Source of the DNA: Escherichia coli
GTDB taxonomy: Bacteria; Pseudomonadota; Gammaproteobacteria; Enterobacterales; Enterobacteriaceae
Reading direction: 5' to 3' (one strand)
Assembly (NCBI RefSeq): GCF_003334255.1
Contig: NZ_QOWU01000207.1
DNA length: 625 nt
The position numbers and the translations under genes were made by a program. Below the pieces are notes generated by a model that did not search any database, was not told the origin of the DNA, and was given only the letters and a program-made list of their open reading frames with translations. The stretch's first letter is position 1. Every line of letters starts with the position of its first letter. Positions 1-625 of this stretch are shown one piece after another.

Positions 1-43
1 GTTTTCAGCCCCCATCATCTGTTGAGTTTCGGGAGCCGCGGTT

Positions 44-277
44 TTGACGTTTTGCGGGGACCTGCTCTTTGTTCCCTCCGGTATTCACCATCACCTGTTT
101 GAGAACCTTCGCCGCATGGGGCATCACTGCCACGGCCTGACGCACCTGTCCTGGGCAGAACGCAAAATTTTTTACCGGGTTTTGGGTAAAAAATTTTGTG
201 GGCTGTTCATTTACCCTGGACAGGTGCGGCAGGTTGTGGCTGTATCAGCCCCCGGCGACAGGGGCTTAAACAGGTGA
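44..277 (+). CDS. Hypothetical ORF (77 aa, His/Cys-rich), probably spurious
   Basis: From the ORF track. It has a TTG start at 44 with a possible SD-like GGGAG at 31-35 (8-nt spacer) and a TGA stop at 275-277. The product matches no family I recognise, and the ORF is spanned by the 88-bp compound palindrome at 141-228, which is atypical for genuine coding sequence. Confidence 0.12.
   Translation: MTFCGDLLFVPSGIHHHLFENLRRMGHHCHGLTHLSWAERKIFYRVLGKKFCGLFIYPGQVRQVVAVSAPGDRGLNR
141..228. repeat. Compound imperfect palindrome: outer 15-bp GC-rich inverted repeat (14/15 matches) enclosing the inner AT-rich palindrome
   Basis: Read directly: 141-155 CGCACCTGTCCTGGG pairs with 214-228 CCCTGGACAGGTGCG, with one mismatch at 152/217 (T/T). 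The outer symmetry axis is offset by 4 bp from the inner one, leaving asymmetric internal loops at 156-160 (5 nt) and 201-213 (13 nt). The element can form an 88-nt extended hairpin or cruciform on either strand. Confidence 0.75.
163..198. repeat. Perfect 14-bp inverted repeat with 8-bp spacer: CAAAATTTTTTACC - GGGTTTTG - GGTAAAAAATTTTG
   Basis: Read directly: arm 163-176 is the exact reverse complement of arm 185-198, and all 14 pairs (163/198 through 176/185) are Watson-Crick. Spacer 177-184 is asymmetric. Each arm contains the self-complementary octamer AAAATTTT (164-171 and 190-197). Pair 161/200 (C-G) also matches, and 162/199 would be a G-U wobble in RNA. The arms are 11/14 A+T in an otherwise GC-moderate context. 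Confidence 0.9.
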
Positions 278-456
278 ATGGCACCGGACACAACAACGGG
301 CAGGGACCCGCCGCAACGACGTGAAGCGCGGTTTGCGAAACGGCGTTGCGCCTTACATCCCGGCGTCTTTTTGCCGGGATGCCTGGAGCGCAGGCCACGG
401 CGCGACAGAGGCGGCGCGACCGGAACGGTCGCTGCAAGCCCGGGGTTTTCACGCAT
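211..456 (-). CDS. Hypothetical ORF (81 aa, Arg-rich), probably spurious; the reading frame stays open upstream to 612
   Basis: From the ORF track, with ATG at 456-454. By my reading the same minus frame is open from 612 down to 211 but has no ATG, GTG or TTG upstream of 456. It overlaps ORFs in the other frames. No recognisable domain. Confidence 0.12.
   Translation of the reverse strand: MRENPGLAATVPVAPPLSRRGLRSRHPGKKTPGCKAQRRFANRASRRCGGSLPVVVSGAIHLFKPLSPGADTATTCRTCPG
247..266. repeat. Short stem-loop: 6-bp stem AGCCCC / GGGGCT with 8-nt loop
   Basis: Read directly: 247-252 pairs with 261-266; loop is 253-260. A stem this short has weak significance in GC-rich sequence. Confidence 0.4.
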
Positions 457-600
457 CGGACCGTAGCGACAGCCCGAAACCGCGCCAGCGGGTTCGGCGG
501 AGACTGGCGGGTGCGCCAGCAGCTGCCTGTCGGAGTCGGGCCTGACGACCGGATGCCGCCAGGCAGCCGGGAGCCGAAGGTGCGCCCGGCAGACAGGACA
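301..600. other. GC-rich block (about 71% GC by hand count) with several short stem-loops and no clear codon-position GC periodicity; candidate structured non-coding region
   Basis: Hand counts of GC by position modulo 3: 66/70/70% over 301-450 and 76/64/78% over 451-600, which is weak or absent periodicity. Stems seen: 312-318/344-350 (7 bp), 356-364/373-381 (9 bp), 416-422/426-432 (7 bp, loop GAA), 504-509/514-519 (6 bp, loop GGTG), 566-571/585-590 (6 bp). All three plus-strand frames and two minus-strand frames are open across 320-450, as expected for GC-rich non-coding DNA. GC falls to about 48% after position 600. Confidence 0.35.
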
Positions 601-612
601 ACACTGCAGTAG
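346..612 (+). CDS. Hypothetical ORF (88 aa, Arg-rich), probably spurious
   Basis: From the ORF track. It has a TTG start at 346 and a TAG stop at 610-612, with the frame open from 325. The product is Arg/Pro/Gly-rich, typical of out-of-frame reading of GC-rich DNA. Codon-position GC bias is only weak over 451-600 and absent over 301-450. Confidence 0.12.
   Translation: MRLTSRRLFAGMPGAQATARQRRRDRNGRCKPGVFTHRTVATARNRASGFGGDWRVRQQLPVGVGPDDRMPPGSREPKVRPADRTTLQ
356..381. repeat. 9-bp perfect inverted repeat / stem-loop with 8-nt T-rich loop (CATCCCGGC - GTCTTTTT - GCCGGGATG)
   Basis: Read directly: 356-364 pairs with 373-381 in 9 Watson-Crick pairs, 6 of them G-C. The loop 365-372 contains T5. 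No U-tract follows the stem on either strand, so it is not a canonical intrinsic terminator. Confidence 0.7.
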
Positions 613-625
613 TCAGAATCAGAGC

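Noticed and set aside
1-13. Minus-strand GGGGCTGA, which matches the first 8 nt of the tmRNA 5-prime end
   Set aside because: Only the first 8 nt match; the sequence that follows does not continue the tmRNA consensus, and no tRNA-like 3-prime domain is present.
99-127. Sigma-70 promoter (TTGAGA at 99-104 as a -35 element)
   Set aside because: No acceptable -10 hexamer lies 16-18 bp downstream; candidates such as CATCAC and ATCACT are poor.
86-130. His-rich stretch (HHH...HHCH) in ORF 44-277, considered as a metal-binding peptide or his-type attenuator leader
   Set aside because: There are only three consecutive His codons, no downstream terminator or antiterminator pair, and the ORF itself is dubious.
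161-200. Rho-independent terminator formed by the AT-rich palindrome
   Set aside because: The stem is A/U-rich rather than G/C-rich, and the T-runs lie inside the stem rather than forming a 3-prime U-tract after it, in either orientation.
5-253. Direct repeat TCAGCCCCC at 5-13 and 245-253, considered as a possible 9-bp target-site duplication flanking an inserted element that carries the palindrome
   Set aside because: A single repeated 9-mer in 625 bp is about what chance predicts (my rough expectation is near one such pair). The sequences just inside the repeats (14-23 and 235-244) are not inverted repeats of each other, so there is no terminal-inverted-repeat support.
279-294. Sigma-54 promoter (-24 element TGGCAC at 279-284)
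   Set aside because: The -12 GC element is absent at the required spacing: positions 291-292 are CA, and no TTGC follows.
247-497. Recurrence of 8-nt spacers or loops in several inverted repeats (163-198, 247-266, 356-381, 474-497)
   Set aside because: The arms share no sequence, so this is probably coincidence rather than a family of related sites.
484-500. tRNA-like T-arm motif (GGTTCGG at 491-497)
   Set aside because: No acceptor stem, D-arm or anticodon arm can be assembled around it, and the match to the T-loop consensus GTTCRANYC is only partial.
577-590. Resemblance of AAGGTGCGCCCGGC to the MOBQ-type oriT nick region (RSF1010-like TAAGTGCGCCCT, recalled from memory)
   Set aside because: The match is a 7-mer core with an indel, and the adjacent inverted repeat is not arranged as in oriT, where it lies upstream of the nick; here the motif sits in the loop of the 566-571/585-590 stem. 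Too weak without a database search.
1-625. CRISPR array
   Set aside because: No regularly spaced direct repeats of 24-40 bp are present; only short palindromes and one 9-mer duplication.

Overview
No rRNA, tRNA, CRISPR array, known mobile-element end or confidently coding gene could be recognised in this 625-bp window; it reads as mostly non-coding or structured DNA. Base composition is mosaic by hand count: about 52% GC over 1-200, about 60% over 201-300, about 71% over 301-600, then about 48% over 601-625. The strongest feature is a nested palindrome at 141-228: a perfect AT-rich 14-bp inverted repeat with an 8-bp spacer (163-198), enclosed by a GC-rich 15-bp inverted repeat with one mismatch. 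The 14-8-14 layout resembles a site-specific recombinase target or a symmetric operator, but that is inference only. The GC-rich block 301-600 carries several short stem-loops, the best being a 9-bp perfect stem at 356-381, and shows no clear codon-position bias. All ORFs in the supplied track are Arg-rich or His-rich, overlap one another in several frames, and resemble no protein family I recognise, so I rate them as probably spurious. I could not run homology or folding searches, so no known or novel system is established here.
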